Part shown: positions 6,171 to 6,452 of the stretch, one piece after another
How positions within the stretch are numbered: the first letter of the stretch is position 1
Layout: each line of letters opens with the position of its first letter
Notes under the pieces: model-generated
Seen by the model: the letters and a program-made list of their open reading frames with translations, nothing else
Told to the model about the DNA's origin: nothing
The model's database searches: none
Program-made: the position numbers and the translations under genes
Source of the DNA: PVC group bacterium
GTDB lineage: Bacteria; GCA-001730085; JADFSZ01
Direction of reading: 5' to 3'
NCBI GenBank assembly: GCA_022560555.1
Contig: JADFSZ010000102.1
Span: 1 to 6,452 of the forward strand
Length of the DNA stretch: 6,452 bases

Positions 6171-6452
6171 TTATCCTTCGTTTAATAATTGCAAAAACGG
6201 ATCAAGCCGTTTTCTCAAATCGTCATCTACATTAATAAAATGAATTCCGACACCCGGAAAGTAGTCCGGATGTCTTTCTTTTTGGGCCACCCAAACAACA
6301 CGGCCCAAAACAGAGACTTGTCCGTCAGGTAAATGAAGGGTAATTTCCAGGATGTCATCCATCTCATATTTATGGCTCCCGCTAATAAAAATTCCTTCGT
6401 ATTCAAGGTTTAAGGTAGAAGCTTTGTGTTTTTCCTTATCGGGTGCTTTGTA
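6171..6452 (-). CDS. PilZ-domain protein. The C-terminal 93 codons are visible and the N-terminus runs off the right edge.
   Basis: The track begins at an internal Met (6362), but the frame stays open to the window end: YKAPDKEKHKASTLNLEYEGIFISGSHKYEMDDILEITLHLPDGQVSVLGRVVWVAQKERHPDYFPGVGIHFINVDDDLRKRLDPFLQLLNEG. This fits the PilZ beta-barrel pattern: (D/N)xSxxG-hhh, then L.L.LP.G...V.G.VVW, then G.G..F, then a C-terminal helix of the ..R..L..FL kind. The RxxxR motif would lie outside the window. Confidence 0.65.
   Translation of the reverse strand, partial: YKAPDKEKHKASTLNLEYEGIFISGSHKYEMDDILEITLHLPDGQVSVLGRVVWVAQKERHPDYFPGVGIHFINVDDDLRKRLDPFLQLLNEG

Overview
The left three quarters of the window are central carbon metabolism. 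On the minus strand a tkt-tal (transketolase, transaldolase) operon occupies 1-3091; the transaldolase is missing from the supplied ORF track because it runs off the left edge. A 259-bp divergent control region follows (3092-3350). On the plus strand it leads into a stand-alone PTS EIIA-2 / EIIA(Ntr)-type gene (ptsN-like, 3351-3803) and then an atypical phosphofructokinase-family gene (3883-4971), which ends at a good hairpin terminator (5001-5040). The right quarter changes character. All on the minus strand, it holds the 3' part of a PilZ-domain gene (6171 to beyond 6452), a 4-TM membrane protein (5619-6092), an extremely AT-rich 160-bp tract with short repeats (about 16% GC by my hand count, 5361-5520), and a small hydrophobic ORF with a good Shine-Dalgarno (SD) sequence (5100-5294). 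I found no rRNA, tRNA, CRISPR array, transposase or integrase, and no recognisable defence system. The best candidates for something new are: (i) the ptsN-like plus divergent-PFK pair placed head-to-head with tkt-tal, which looks like a fructose-6-P / sedoheptulose-7-P node module; (ii) paired GAAnnTTC palindromes in the shared control region; and (iii) the PilZ / 4-TM / AT-rich tract / small hydrophobic peptide cluster. All functional readings come from motif recognition by eye. No database search was possible.
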